Positions 1 through 14,342 are shown, counted from the stretch's first letter. The stretch: 64,000 nucleotides of DNA from Selaginella moellendorffii (GCF_000143415.4 NW_003314357.1:62001-126000), one strand, 5' to 3'. Translations and numbers: made by a program. The notes: a model not told the origin generated them from the sequence alone.

Positions 1-1059
1 TCACATTTTATTTTAGACATCCTCATATATTTCAATATAAAACTTTAGATACCATAAGAAAAAAACATTACATTGTATTTTAAATACTGTCATATATTTA
101 AATATAGACAAGTTCTTTAATGATTACTACTATTAATGGAGTGTAGTGTAGAAGTGGTAAGGGAGTAAGATATAGTGATACTTTATTAAAACAATCTTAA
201 TATATAATTTCAGAACACACAAATTATGGTATTTTCTTAATTAAAATTACTTAAAATTACTTCTTAAAAGAATATTTTCTTAATTAATATTACTTATCTA
301 GTTAGATCAGATTAAGATAATTTAATGTAAAACTTAGTAAAGTGATTAAAATACTAAGTGAGACCTTCAAACATATATTTTAAAATTTGAATTTTTATGA
401 ATATTATATAAACTGAGTACCAAAGTTCAAATTCATATATTAAGTTTAATTCAAAACATTCTTTACAATTAGAATATTCTCTAAGGTGATAGATGAAAGT
501 AAGAAATTGTTTTAAAAAATATCATTAGTAAATATTCTTTAATAAACCTATAATTGTTTTCCACATGGCAAATGTTCAAACACTTCACTAATTTCAATCA
601 ATGTGTGCCTTAAATTTTTCCAGTTGTTAATTTTTAAACACATGGCCTTCCACGTTGGCCAATGGCCAAACACTTAGCTAAATTTTAGTAATTCCAATAT
701 ATTGCAATGCATATAACACATAGATAAATAAACCTTTTCTTTTCTACTTTATTAAGATTAAATGCTTTATTTGAAGAGTTATTCCTTTTTCTTTCACTGT
801 TTAGTAAAAAGAGTTACGTTTGGACTACTAAAAGCTTTCCTTTTACCTTAATCTTTTTCACCAAAGGTTACAAAATGACTTTGCAACAAAAAATGGTAAA
901 TATCTTATAAAACAATTTTGATAAAGAAGTTTTTCTATCCATAGTTAACAACAACTTAGAAATGATACAACAATAGGTTGCAATTAATTTTATGCATTCT
1001 ACAATAGAATTTGAACAGTATTGATAATTATAATATATCCTTGAAGGGGTAACTTTTGA

Positions 1060-2120
1060 TGGTATGGTGGACCATGCACATAGGGATCCAATGTGAGGGT
1101 TGACCCTGACCCTAATACACTCTACCGCTCAGACTGCAAGCACAAGAAACCATCTTGCCTCATTGAGATGATGGTTGCTTCTACTGCTGCCAAAATTCCA
1201 GTGGAACCTAAAACTTATGCACAAGCCTTGGATTCTCCAGAAACTAAATTCTGGCTTGCAGTGATGGAGCATGAGATGCGCTTGCAGAGGAAGAATGGCA
1301 CTCATGTGCTGGTTTCTTCCATTCCTGCTGGAGGAAACTTGTGAGGAGCATGTGGTGATGGCACTACTCATTTCAAGGCTAGACTGGTTGTGAAGGGCTG
1401 CACTCAAGTTCCTGGAATTGATTTCCACGAGACTTTTGTGCCCGTGGTCAGGCACACGACTCTTCATGCTTTGATCCATTTTGCTGCAGCTGGTGACTAC
1501 GACATCAAGCAAGTACTGCTTTCCTCTATGGAGAACTGGAAGACAAGATTTATATGCAGCAGTCAGATGGATTTGCTGGGCCAAGAAAAGAGAGTCATGT
1601 TTGGCTTTTCAAGAAGGCGATTTATGGACTCAAGCAATCGCCTTGTTCTTGGTACAAACACTACGACAGCTTCATGTTGAGTGTGGGATTCAAGCAAAGC
1701 CAGGGGATAGCAATCTCTACATCCAGTTCTGCCCACCAGACTTCACAATCCTTGGCCTCTACGTTGATGACAATCTGGTTACTCACAATGACGTTGCCAT
1801 GTTTGCCCAGGTGAAGAAGATCCTGTCAACTCAGTTCTAGATGAAGGCACTAGGGCCAGCAAGATATTTTCTTGGCATGGAGCTCCTCCATGACCGTGCA
1901 CAGGGAATTATCTGGTTGCAAATTGATGAAAGAGATGTCTCCAGCAATGGAAGAAGGGAAAGCTGCTATTGCAAAGATCCCCTATCTCAGTGCGTTGGCA
2001 GCTTGCTATATCCAGCACGGTGTTACAAGACCTGATTTAGCCTTTGCCATTAGCAAAGTTAGAACCCTGGCCTGTCTCACTGGGCTGCAGTTAAATGCAT
2101 CTTCAGGTATCTTCACCAAC
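1060..2120 (+). mobile_element. Decayed Ty1/Copia reverse-transcriptase region
   Basis: Fragmented frames carry EPKTYAQAL, KARLVVKGCTQVPGIDFHETF, KKAIYGLKQSP, LYVDD, MKALGPARYFLGME and TRPDLAFAISK, with many frameshifts and stops. Confidence 0.9.
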
Positions 2121-2479
2121 ATACCAATCTGTTTTGTCCTCTGACCCTGGGAGCTCAATTGCAATGTGAGTGCAATCCACTGCACCACAATAGTTTGGGA
2201 ACTCTAAAATCTTGCTATAACTTCATTCATTTCTTCATTCACCCAATGGATCATTAGTCTTTCATGCTCAAGCAATGCATACCTAAAATGGCATAAACAA
2301 GCTTGAGCAGTGCATAAAGCCACTCCAAATGCATCACCAATCGTTTGCCATATATCTCTAGATGCCAAACATTTCAAAACAATACTTACTTGGTTTGAAA
2401 CAAACAAATATTACCTTGTTAGATGAGCTAAGACTCTCTACAAGCTTAATGCTCAGTTGATCCTCTCAACTCACAAGTA

Positions 2480-4540
2480 GGGGCATTTGTTTGTAATTTG
2501 CCCCAGCTCCTAGGCTGGCAACACTCTCCAGCTTTGGCACGCTCAACTAAGGCATGTTAATTCTCATGACATTTAGCTACTTGCTAGCCACAAACTTGCT
2601 GATGACTTTACCCTCACTGATGCCGACCAACTAGACGTGCCATCTGGGGAAGCAGCCACCGATTCCCCTTTCCACGCAGAAATCCAAAAGATGGCGCCTC
2701 AGGATTTCTTCAGCTGGTACTGTACAAGTGGTACTCTGTTTTGTTCATTGACAACTACTCCCGCTATGCGATGGCTGTTTTCATGGCACACAAGGAAGAG
2801 GTCTACCATCACTTCCAGCTCTACAAAAGCTGGGCAGAAAATGCCACTGGCTGTACCATCCATAGACTACGTCCAGATGGCAGATGGCGGCGGTGAGTAT
2901 ATGAGCAATGAGTTAATGGCATTTCTTGCTCAGGCTGGAATCCAGCACGAGTACACCGCAGCCCATACCTCGCAGCAGAATGTGGTTGCGGAGTGCCTGA
3001 ACAGGACACTTATGGACTGTGTATGCTGCCTTCTCCAGCACGCTGGCATGCCCAAGGTGTTTTGGGGAGAGGCACTCAACACAGCAGTGTATCTCCAGAA
3101 CGGGCTGCCAACACGTTCCATTGCCGTTTCAAGTATGGACAGGGAAGCGTCCCAAAAGGGCATCTCCGGGTGTTTGGTTGCGTTGCCTACGCTCACATTC
3201 CAGATGCTCAGCACCGGAAGCTGGATCGCAAGAGCGGCTATCACACCCAGGTAAAAGCCTATCAACTCTATAACTGCCAGCGCAGGAAACTAGTGGTGAG
3301 CTGAGATGTGGTGTTTGATGAAGCTCATCTTTATCGAGATACCCTGAGATTCCCTCCTGGATCTTTCTGAGATTTTGGACGACGTTCCAGATCTCCACCC
3401 AGCACCAGACAATCCAGCCGATGCAGAGCCAGGAGGAGTTGCTGAATGAGCAACCGAAGGAGGCGATCTGGCAGGAGGAGCTGATCACGGTACTTATCTT
3501 CCTTCGACACCTGTTCTGACGACTCCACAGGCCACAGCGGCTGGAAACAGCCAGATCTTTCCACGCTTGTGGCTGACCTGTTCGTTGGCGACGAGTTATA
3601 TCAAGATGCCACCACTCCTCCCAGCATTCCCAAGCTACCACCTCCTCCAGCCGGCACAACAGTGGTGACACGCTTGGGTCGTGTCGTGAAACCATCTCTT
3701 AAGGCCAAGGAGCGATTCCTACAGGAAAACGTGCCTACTTCTGGGCTATGACAGCTCCACCTGCCTCTCTCGGTCCCCAGGTGGGTCTACACGGACCAGA
3801 AGCTGAGCACTGGCAGGCAGCCATGCAGGAGGAGTATGATTCTCTCCAGAAAAACAACACTTGGTCACTTCCAGCTCGCAGAAAGCTCATCTCATCCAAG
3901 CGGTTGTTTAAGAAAAAGTACAACGCTGATGGAAGCATTGAGCGCGCAGATTTACTCAAGTTCATGGGCTGGACTACACGGAAACTTATAGCCCTGTGGT
4001 GAAACTCACAACCATTCGTATGCTACTAATCTTAGCTGCAGAATTGGATCTCGAGCTCCATCAACTTGACGTTTGTACTGCGTTCCTTAATGGCGACATC
4101 GGTGTATGTGGCTCAGCCTCCTGGTTTTATCCAGCCACCAATGGTACACGAAAATAGATTCTTTTCTAATTTCCCTTGGTTTCGTGCGCAGCTCTACATA
4201 TTTTTTGACGCTGAGGGCTATTGTTCCTTGCGCTATATGTGCTTGATCCACAAATTTAAAACGTACCTTGGCGCTAAATTTGCCATGAAAGACCTTGGTG
4301 AGTTGCATTTCTGCCTCGGTATCAGGTGACGTGCAACAGGGAGCGAGGCACTCTGGAGCTAAGCCACGCAAAATATGTTTCCGACATGCTCCAGAGGTGT
4401 GTGGCCTTGCTCACTACTCTCATGGACACAGGCACGAAATTATCTGCTGAGAGTGGAGAGTACCTTGATCAATCTCCCGAGGAGAAAGCATCTAGAGCAG
4501 TCTATCGCTCTATGGTCGGCAGTAGAGCTAGCAAGTAGAA
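2480..4540 (+). mobile_element. Decayed Ty1/Copia pol (pre-integrase, integrase, RT fragments)
   Basis: DGGGEYMS...HEYTAAHTSQQNVVAECLNRTL, FWGEALNTAVYLQN, HLRVFGCVAYAH, WQAAMQEEYDSLQKNNTW, MKDLGELHFCLGI, YRSMVGS. Confidence 0.9.
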
Positions 4541-7500
4541 CCAGTAGAGCCAGCTGTACATTGCACAGAGCTGCTAAATGCTCCAGCCATACTAGCCATG
4601 CTAGAAGAATCACCCTGGGTAGCACTGGCACTAGGTATCACTCGAGCTTGTTCTGATGGTTGCCCAGTCTGGGCAAATGCTGAAGAACTGGCATTTGCTG
4701 TCGCTTGTGCTGATTGCCCTATCTGGGCAACTGCAGAACCATAGTCCTTCTCAAACATTGTCTTGAACTCTAGTTTCAGCGAGTCAGCAACAGCTTCACA
4801 AGGTTGGATTCCCTCTCCTTGCAGCCTTTTCAAGCTACCACCGAGTCCTTTGTTGCAGTAGTGGCAGATCCATTATTTGCTTCCTTTGCCATTTGCATAT
4901 GCTTCACCTTCAATAGCATGAAGCTCCCACAAAGGTTCTTTCTTCTTGCCTCCTCTACGTGGAGACATAATGGATGATAAACCTAGCTTAATGGTAAACT
5001 TAATTTAAATTCATGGAAAGATTTGGAATCTTTAAAAGAGGTCATTTTGAACGTGACTTGGAACCCAGATGTGTGTTATGAACGCGATGTTACGAATATG
5101 TTACTAGCGGCAAATTTTCACCTGAACACATTAATTGGTAACTATGGTGGGAACAGTGGTGAAGTAATGATTTGGTGCTGAAAGGCAAACACCGAGATTC
5201 ATTTTGAATTTAAAAAGGAAGACAATCCCCTAGGAAGAAGGATTTGCCATTCCCAATGTTAATTCTCCTTTGTGATAGTAAGGGTGGCAAGTTTTCACAC
5301 CAATGTAAATATATCTAATAGTGTTAGATTTGATTCAAATGAGATTTACAAAGAGTTTATAGAGAGATGATTTGAGTGACAACAACATCATGTAAAAATG
5401 AGGAGAAGGCACTACTATAGTTGAAGCACAAAAGCATCTTCTTAAAAAATTTATATGTTTGTTTTAAAATTAAGAATGGCAAGCTTGTTTATGTTTCTTT
5501 CAGGTCGGAATTGGAATATATTTTGGATGGACAATGGGCCAAAAAAACAACAATAACAAAATTTCCAGTATCTATAACAACTTTATGATGTGTGGGCACA
5601 ATATCTTATGATAACTCCTTTTGCAATTTCTACTAAACTACTAGAAAAATAAATATAGAAGACTGGATGGGAATAATTGCCACAACCATACTCAAAGATG
5701 CAAGAGTTCCACATACAAAAGAAAGGGTGAAATAGGGTTGTTAAGGTGCTTATATCTAATTTGTTTATAAACATATAGCTGCAAAATGTATTATAGTACA
5801 TGAGGTTGGCTATACAGTGTGGGTACCATGAATATGATGTTCCATCAGGGAAAAGTAAACAAAATTATAAGGAGTTTTGAGTGATGATTGAGGAGAGGTC
5901 AAAAACAATGAAGGTAATCACACATTCACGTTATGGCAAAGTTACTTTTCTCAAACTTAGATGGTAATTGAAAACATCAAAGATCTATTCAACCACATGC
6001 ATGCCCGCACTCCAAAAAAAAAAATCACATGGAGCCCAATTGTCCAATGACAAAGGCTAAGGCATTGATCGTTCATCCCAATGCAACTATTGTACATTCT
6101 CTTTCCATTACTTTTAAGAACCACAATACTTTTTTCTTTGATTCAGGCACTTGATACACGATGCTCAGTTCAAAACGCTCCAAGAAGTCAATCCACCAGC
6201 TACCATTGCAGTAGGGGATGGCAAGTGGCTACAAATCACTGGTTGAGATACCATTATGTTGAAGCTTACTAGTGGTTTTATAAACATGTATGTATATTTC
6301 CCATGTCCCAATGGGCATGCCCCGCTCTCAACAAACTACTCTAGGTGGTTCCCTCACGTCTCATATGGTTACTAGTACCACTATCCATGATATGTACCTT
6401 GTTCCAAAGCTAAGTGTGAACTTGTTCTCTATTGGCCAGCTCAGAGTCTGGATTTGACCTTCACTTGGATGCACTTTGCTTCTTGCTGGTGTTCTACAAG
6501 CCGGCAAAGGCCTATACAAGCTTTGTATGGAGCAAAGACGAGCTGCTGATGTGGTGGAGCGCCTCCACCAGTTTATTAAGTTCATGGCTTCTACCCTGGA
6601 CCAGCTCGAGTTGTGCATCAGCATATTGGACATGTGAGTACACACCCATCCGACACCACTTTTTTTGTGATGGTTGCCAGCTCGGCTCCAATTTCCAAAA
6701 CGAGGAGCAAGACGAGACTATATAAACACGAGCAGGAACTAAAGGTAGATTATGGCCGATTCCATCTCTCTTCTCCATCCTTTCACTATGTATCCGGATT
6801 TCTCTCAACAAGGCAACATGATTGGCCATGTTAGCCGTTTGGAGATGGTTTCTATATTCAATAGTGGTATTGGAGCACTCTTCTCTGTTCTTGGTGCAGT
6901 GGGAAGTGGCACATCAGGGGTTTCTCATGCACGACCATTACATGGGAAGAGCAACAGGGATTGTTTATGGAAAACAATGTCCTTAGAAAATCCAAAATGA
7001 AAGCAAACGCTACTCAATAAATTAGACCCGGCAAAGAGGAAAGACGGAAAACCAAGCACGAGAGTTCTTACGTGTGAAATCAATGGTTCTTCTTCCAAAC
7101 GTTTAATCATATCAGCAATGTAAACTCATAATCTATATACAAGTTTCTGACGTTCTCCAAAACTCTCACTTGAATGTAATCTTTTGGTGATGACAAGTCC
7201 TGCATAAGTGAAAAAAGTAAGAACAAGGTGTCCAGCTAAACACGAAAGAACATACCACTGAAAGATCAAAGATCAATCCATCTGGAAGCACAGCACCAAG
7301 TTGACATCGTAGTCCTCGAGCCGTTTAAGCTCGATGGTGCCTGGAAAGAATAAATTGAAGATAATTTAGTACGAGAAAGACACCAAGAAAAAAAAACGGA
7401 GAGAGAAGCACAAACATGTAAGCTAGAAGGCATTGCTTATTACAAAGAATGCTCACATGATGTATGAATCCTCTGAAAAAATATGCATTTTTGGTGGTTT

Positions 7501-8058
7501 GAGCGTCAAATCCTTCTTTCTGTCTAAATTCCTCACAGAATCAGACAAAAGAGGAATCGTGAGGCAAACGCAAGCAAACGTTGTAGGCTGGAAAATCGCC
7601 TAACTTGCATCAACTGGTCTGAAGCTGCTCAAAATGCTCGTTCGTCTCGTTCAAAACCTGCTCAAAGAAATAATTCTGCAATAAGAAGATGGTCTAGAAG
7701 TTCATGTTGAACACCAACAACTGATCTTCCTCAGCTATGCATAAATCTAATTCTCATCCAGAAGAAACTAAATGAGAAAAGATAAAATAATGACATGTTA
7801 AGTTAAGATAAAAGGAACTTATAGAATATTTCCTAAAATCTTTCAGAAATGGTTGCACCTCGGGTTTTGAAAAATGCCAGTGATTGATTTGCATTCTTAC
7901 CTTCAAATGTGCAAGAACCCATGTCGAAATCGTTTTCCAACACAAAAAAAGCCACTGTCCAACAAAAATATGTTTACGTCCACCTTACATGGAAAATCTT
8001 AAAGCACTTCTAGAGTGGTGCCCTAAACTCAAGCCATACAGATCAAAGGGTGGGAACT

Positions 8059-11000
8059 ATGGCGGGTGATGAAGAAATGGAAGAGCTTGTGGAGTTCATT
8101 GAAGACATAGATGGGGCAGAGGGTCATGAATTTCACCTTTCTGATGGTAGAGTGGACGTAGATGCGGTTCTGCAGGTGTTCGGGGCTAACTCCATCTCCG
8201 TGAAGCGCGAGGAGCCACCAAGGGTCCAATGAAGGACTCTTGAACCAAGAAAAGAAGATGGTCTCAGCAAACCGAAATTTCGGGCTGGATCTTCTCATGT
8301 CATTCGTCCCACGAGAGGTATGCTACTTGCTTTTCAGGATGGCTTCGGATGGGCGTTTTGCTGTGTGTCTTGGATATGTGTGCTTCGATGTGGCTATGGC
8401 TGCTTTCGGCTAGAGGTAGCTTCAATTCGCTTTTATTTTGGGTTGCTGGAATGGTGGCTTTTGGCTATGCTGCTGGCGGACGCATACTCCCTTGTGGATC
8501 CTTGGTCATCCTTTTATGTTGATACCCTTGATTCTGGCTATGATAGTTTCTTCTTCCAGATCTAATACTAGCTTTGTTATGTTCTGAATGTTGCAGTGCC
8601 CCATGGAATCGGCGGATCTGGTAAGCAATTGTGAAAGTGCACATGCATCCATGTCGGACGTCCCATTCTTTATCCAGTTCTTGGTATTCCTAGTGCGCCA
8701 TGAAATCGGCGGATGTCTATAGGGTTTCAAGGTTGTTCTTGGGTGCTTGTGTCTGCTTCTAACGCACACTGGAGCGTGGTGGTGCCTGTGACTGCATCCT
8801 TTCTAGACTGAATTTTTGTAATTTTGCAGTCGCGAGAGAGCCCATTACTCAAGGTACTGAACGCCTGCCCGTCCTTTATCAATAGCGTTTGTTGTGCAGG
8901 GGTTGTGGAAGCTATACTACGGAAGTTTGGCGATGACCTGTCGGGCAGTATTTCCACCATGACCCCTGAGCACGCGTTCAAAAAAAAGTACCCGCTCACC
9001 AAGGTTCCAATTTGCCAGCTACAGGTTCCGGAAGGTTGGCAACCGAGTCTTTTGTGGCATGGTCTGGAGCAGCCTCTTGGTTCTGGAGAGATTCTTTCAT
9101 CGATGAGAATGAGCAAGCCCCGTCTTTTGATTCTATTCGACGTCTCTGGATCTGGAAAGACGCGTTGCTTATACGAGATTGCGGCGCAGCGGACCTGTCT
9201 TTACTTCTCCGGCGTCTGTTCCGATTCTCCTACCGCTGATGGCTCCCGGGACCTGTTGGTTGTGTCCGAGACACTGCAGAGGCTGTATCCAACAGGTCCG
9301 ATTCCCGTTTCATCCCTCAAGACCTGTTTGAGGGCGGTGCTCCTGTCAAGGCTTTTCATTCACCGGAAATGTGACGACCTCCTCAAGCCACTCAGCAATT
9401 TGACATTTCTTTTCAAGCAGGTTATGCACGAGCAGCTCCACTATTTTGAGGATGACCCTTGGGCCTATTTAACCGAGTGCATCTTGACGCTGGCGAAGTC
9501 AGCAGATGATCTTCCTGCATTGGAGTCCGTGTTGGCCATGATGCTCCTTGCGTACACCTGGGACTGGCCGATTATTTTGGACGAGTGCCAGGAGGTGAAC
9601 ACATATCTGAAAGACAGGTTTATGACAGGGGATGGGGAGACGAGATCAATGCTTGATAATTTGTTACTGCTCTACATAGTGCGGGGTTCCGCAACACAGT
9701 AATCTTTACTGGGACTGGGAAATCACTGTTTTATGTGTCCACTCACATCTCCGAGGTATATTGTATGCGTTCCTGCGTTTCATGCCTAATGTTTGTGTCC
9801 ACAGACACTGAAATTCCGTGTGAGCGTCTTGTGGTATACATCCTTTGGCGAGTTTCGGGATGGTCAGTCCCTGCGGCAATATGCTAGCAATATACTGGAG
9901 GATTGCAGCGTTATAGACTTTGAGAGGCTCGGGGTGCTGTACAGAGGAAGATATCGGGCGTTTGTTACTGCACTTGAGCAGTATATCCTTTCTAACCCAC
10001 CCGCAACCGCAGCTACAGAGTTTTTCTTGGATTATGCCAAAAAGACAACATCCATGAGGTACGTAAAATTTTGCCTAGCGGCAGAGCTTCTTGACTGATG
10101 ATTGGAATGCCACAGGGGCGCATCAGCAAGCACGGGGACGAGGACTGGAGATTTTATGCACACAGTGAACAGGACCGTGCTCGATGATGTCTACCGATTT
10201 TTTTCAGGAGTGCCGAGCGATGAATTGGCGGCAGCAAAAGCTTTAGTTCAATCAGTTGTCGCGAACCACTTCTTTGGTACAGGAAAGATGGTCGTGCTGA
10301 ATCCAACATTATCACTGGTGGAGTTTGGACTTGGGAGAGTCTGTTATAAAGGACACGGGCTGATGAAGTGGGTGTATCAAGATCAAGACGGAATTATTGG
10401 GCATGCTGATGCAAGCGAGGAATGCCAAGCTGTAGAGATCTTCGAGCCGCTGGTTTGTTGTGCCCTTTGGCACTATTTTCAGGAGAATTCCTCCTTGCAA
10501 CGGATTCAACAGCATCATTTTCTGGACAAGGCCGAATTAAGTGCCAGTTCTACTGGGGAGGTTTATGAAACTGCGGTTGCAGAGATGATTGCGGAGCATT
10601 TAGATGGGAAGTATCTGGCTGATCTTTTCTCATCGTGGAACACACAACCGATTCCTGCTATCTACAACAACACTGCAACTCTTGCCAGGCCCAAGGTTGA
10701 TCACCTGAAGCTCGTTGGGACTGAGACGGAGGACTTTCGTTTAATCGATTGGATAAACAGCGTGACTAGCGGTGAAGACGACTTCTTTACTTTTTTTTCG
10801 ACAGGCAGGAATAAGACTTGCGGCCCAGACATATGGTGGTTTTTGACAGTTACGCAACGTACAGAACCTGAGCAGGCAGACAAGCTTCAATGCGCTGGAG
10901 AACCAAGTAGTGGGGAGCAGGCAGACGATCTTCAGTCAGTGACAACTTTCATCATATGTGCAGCTCAAATGAAGACTCTCCAGAAAATGGCAAGGGGTGA

Positions 11001-11340
11001 CTATCAGAAGGCTATCTCTTCGTTGGATCTTAACAAGCTATTTTTGCACAAGAATGGTGGTCAAAAAGTTGTGACGAGGAAAAAGGACGACGAAGGTGCG
11101 AAGCGAGTGAGGGAACTCGCAAGCTTTGGGTGCCTAAAACTTGTGGTCACAACAGATTTTGTAGATTTGACGAAGTTTCAGCCAAAGGCTAAGCAAAATC
11201 CAGCAAAGTTGAGGAAGTTGAACACTCCACATTGTCAACAAGAATGTGTTCCAGCGATACTCGGTGTTATTGATAGTACAAATATTTGCATGTTTGTTGA
11301 GCGATGGTTGATTGAGAGTGTTAAGATTTGTACTGAATAA
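8059..11340 (+). pseudogene. CR (Crinkler/RHS)-like gene: N-terminal header + P-loop NTPase + PD-(D/E)xK nuclease; disrupted
   Basis: Header exon 8059-8317, 24-nt micro-exon 8830-8853 and body from 8900 splice in frame at GT/AG sites. Walker A DVSGSGKT, Walker B IILDECQ, VIFTGTG (in a shifted frame near 9690), YRGRYR, and C-terminal GPDIWWF...AAQMK. In-frame TGA at 8230-8232 and a probable frameshift near 9660-9700. Confidence 0.72.
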
Positions 11341-12239
11341 AAATCTCTCAGTATTAGTATTTAAAAGAACTTTAAAAAAGTCCCTTCTGAAAAGTTGCTT
11401 GTCTTATAGCATGTCAAGGAAGGAAAACCAAAACAATGAGCTGACTAGAGTTCACTTCAATGAGACTTCGTCCAATTCCACTCCTCCTTTGTCAGTGCTG
11501 CCTGGTGACAACCTTGTTCCAGTCCTCCAGCAACAGCCTATTCTACCACTGTCCAGCCTTGCCAAATCCAGTCTCTTGCGCCTGATTTCCAAGTCAACAC
11601 TTGATAGAGAAGAAAGTCTCCAAAGTTCTCACCATCAACAAGAATGGCGGAGAGATCAAGTACCAGGAAGGTAGGATAGCCTACCTAGTAGGATATCCTA
11701 CCAAAAAAAATCCTACCCGAGGAAATGTAGAAATGGGGCACACAGGAATCCAACACCCGACTCCATCAACGAACCAGGGAGTTAGGCGGTGTACCAGATG
11801 ACGATATCCGTACCAACCGGTTCTTGGTATTCATAGTGTCGCCATGAAATCGGCGGATGTCTATAGGGTTTCAAGGTTGTTCTTGGGTGCTTGTGTCTGC
11901 TTGTAATTGTAATTAAATTCACGGCCATCTGCTTCCCTTGCGTTCTATTAATGCTGTCTGTGTCTTCTTCAGCTTAGAGCTGGGTTTTGCATTTCAAGTT
12001 TTCCTGCTCCACTGTCCTCTGCAGGTACTTCTTCTGGTCCTGCTCTGGTTTCCATGTAAGGATTTTTGCTTCTTGAATCTGTCTCTTCATCTCTCTTTCT
12101 TGTGTTACTCTCTGTGTGGATATCTAGTGTGGTCTGTTTGCCCTTTGGCTGTGTTTAATTCTGTGGCCACCCATGGTCCAGGGGCGCTAAGAAGAACATT
12201 GATGACGTCTGTGCTGAAATTTGGGAACAGGTGAAGGAA

Positions 12240-12600
12240 TATCTTCCTACCGTGCCTCCAGAGCAATATTTTGCTCTTATTCTCGTAGCAGCAAGGAGTT
12301 ATGTACCTTGGATGGCAGGGCGGTTCTATTACTAGAGGGGTTCAAGGATGGAGATTATATTGGGTCTGTGTCAGAGGTGCTTAGGAAGATGCAGGATACA
12401 AACCTCTACTTCTTAGAGGTTTGATGCTTCTGGCTGTGGCAAAACAAGGACACTCTACGAAATATCTTGTCAAAGGAATTCCATTTACTTGACATGATGG
12501 AGCAGGAGAGGAAGGTTCTCTAGATCTTAATTGGAATGCTTGTATCCCGAGGGAGTCATTCCAGAAGATGCCTTAATGGTGTGCTCAACAACCAGGTACG
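12240..12600 (+). pseudogene. Truncated paralogous CR-type NTPase fragment
   Basis: FDASGCGKTRTLYEISCQRNSIYL, EGSLDL and LYPEGVIP parallel FDVSGSGKTRCLYEIAAQRTCLYF, DGSRDL and LYPTGPIP of the upstream gene; frameshifted. Confidence 0.75.
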
Positions 12601-14069
12601 TGTTCAAATTCTTGGGTATACTTCATTATGATGAGCACCTTTCTAAAAAATGAAAAATTAATCACAGTAAAAATTGTATAGATCGTGTAAGTTGTTGAAT
12701 ATTTCAAAATGCAAATTACTAGGTATTCTAACATCTGTTCTAGACACTAGCATGAAACAGGTTTTGTACCTTTTTTTATGGTTTCATAGTTGATGAAGTT
12801 AGTGCTAATTGGAAATGCTAATCAAGAAGTGTATTTTGGAGGCCGTAAAGAATCAGAAAAAGAACACTTCTGTGCTTTCCACTTTGAGCAAAGTCTCCAA
12901 ATGCACACCAAAAAATACATCACACATGACTATCAAGAAGAACACCTTAACATATGTCAATAGTGGCAGCAGGTTGAGACTGAAGAAGAGGTAAAAGCCT
13001 ACTTCAATAAGATCTGAAAGTGGTGGGAAAGAAAGACAATTCAAAATAACAAAAAATTCCCTTGCTAGTAGATTGGTGGTATATAGGGGTGGTAAGATGG
13101 GGGAACCTCCTTAAGGTTTAGTCCCAAATAGTGTTTCATAGAAGTTTTTTTAAAATTATGTTTAACATAACTTTTATTCCAAACTTCTTAGAGATGAAAC
13201 ATACAAGCTGGTTGGCCACATGACCATACTAGAAGAAGATTAGCTTGTATGATATATGTTCTGATGACTTATCAGAGGCCCTATTTCAGTGCATCGACTA
13301 CAAATTGTGTCTAGAGCAAAGATACATAGGATTGGGTCTAGGAGCTTTACTCAAGGAAAAGTGGCAAACCAGGAAGTGCTAGGAAACAAGTAGCAAATGT
13401 AGTAAACTTTAACAAAGATGCTCATGATATAAATATTTATGTTGGATTAGAGCGGCCACAGTGGGGACCAGAAAACATTGTATAGGAAGCATACAACAAC
13501 AGATTCACATACTATTGCTGACACAGGTTAGAATTTATCAACGTTAATGTGCCAGTTGTGATTTTTCATCAAGAAAGGATTTGAACTTCAATGACACTGA
13601 AAAATCACAATAGTGAACGAACTTCATGACTTTACATCACGTACCAAACTAGAAGGTCACATGCTATTGTTACATGGAATGCAAGAAGTGAAGATGCATG
13701 AAGGAACTTTCAAGGAATACAGTGGCACCATGTGTCACAAGTTTTAGAATATACAAAGACATTAGAACACTCCAAACATTTTGGTTCTACAGTGATAATG
13801 TCCTCCACAACTGAAACCAGGTACACGATATTGTTGGATTTAGTTATCCACCAGAAAAATGGCCAAAGCTGTGTAAATTTAATCCTCATATTAAATGAGA
13901 AATGACAATTAATGATATCATTCCACTGTTAGCTGTGTTAAGAGAGAAGGAAAGTGAGTGGAAGAATATTTTCTAGAATCTTCCATAAATGGCTGCTCTT
14001 AGGGTTTGAATTCCTTCAAAAACAAAAATGTTCCCTAATCGAAAATTTCCACCCTTAAAAAACTTTCAC

Positions 14070-14342
14070 CGAGCTGGAAGAGCTTGTGAGTTCATTCAAG
14101 ACATAAATGGGACAGGGTCTTGAATTTCACTCTGATGACGTAGATGCGGTTCTGTGGGTCTTCAGGGCTAACTCCATCTCCGTGATCAAGGGTCCAATGG
14201 AGGACTCTTGAACCAAGAAAAGAAGATGGTCTCAGCAAAAGCGAAATTTCAGGCTGGATCATGTCCAGCCCATGTATGCTACTTTCTTTTTAGGATGGTT
14301 TCAGTTTCTACTTCTTGCCCCAATTTTCTTTTTAGTGGTTGA
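14070..14342 (+). repeat. Degenerate copy of the CR header exon
   Basis: gaagagcttgtg...ggctaactccatctccgtga...ggactcttgaaccaagaaaagaagatggtctcagcaaa matches 8080-8340 with deletions. Confidence 0.85.

Noticed and set aside
1-1060. Very AT-rich stretch
   Set aside because: No ORF, termini or periodic structure detectable; probably ancient decayed repeat.
4540-4950. Minus-strand Cys pattern (WFCSCPD...KCQFF) resembling a GRF zinc finger
   Set aside because: Too short and interrupted by stops to call without a search.
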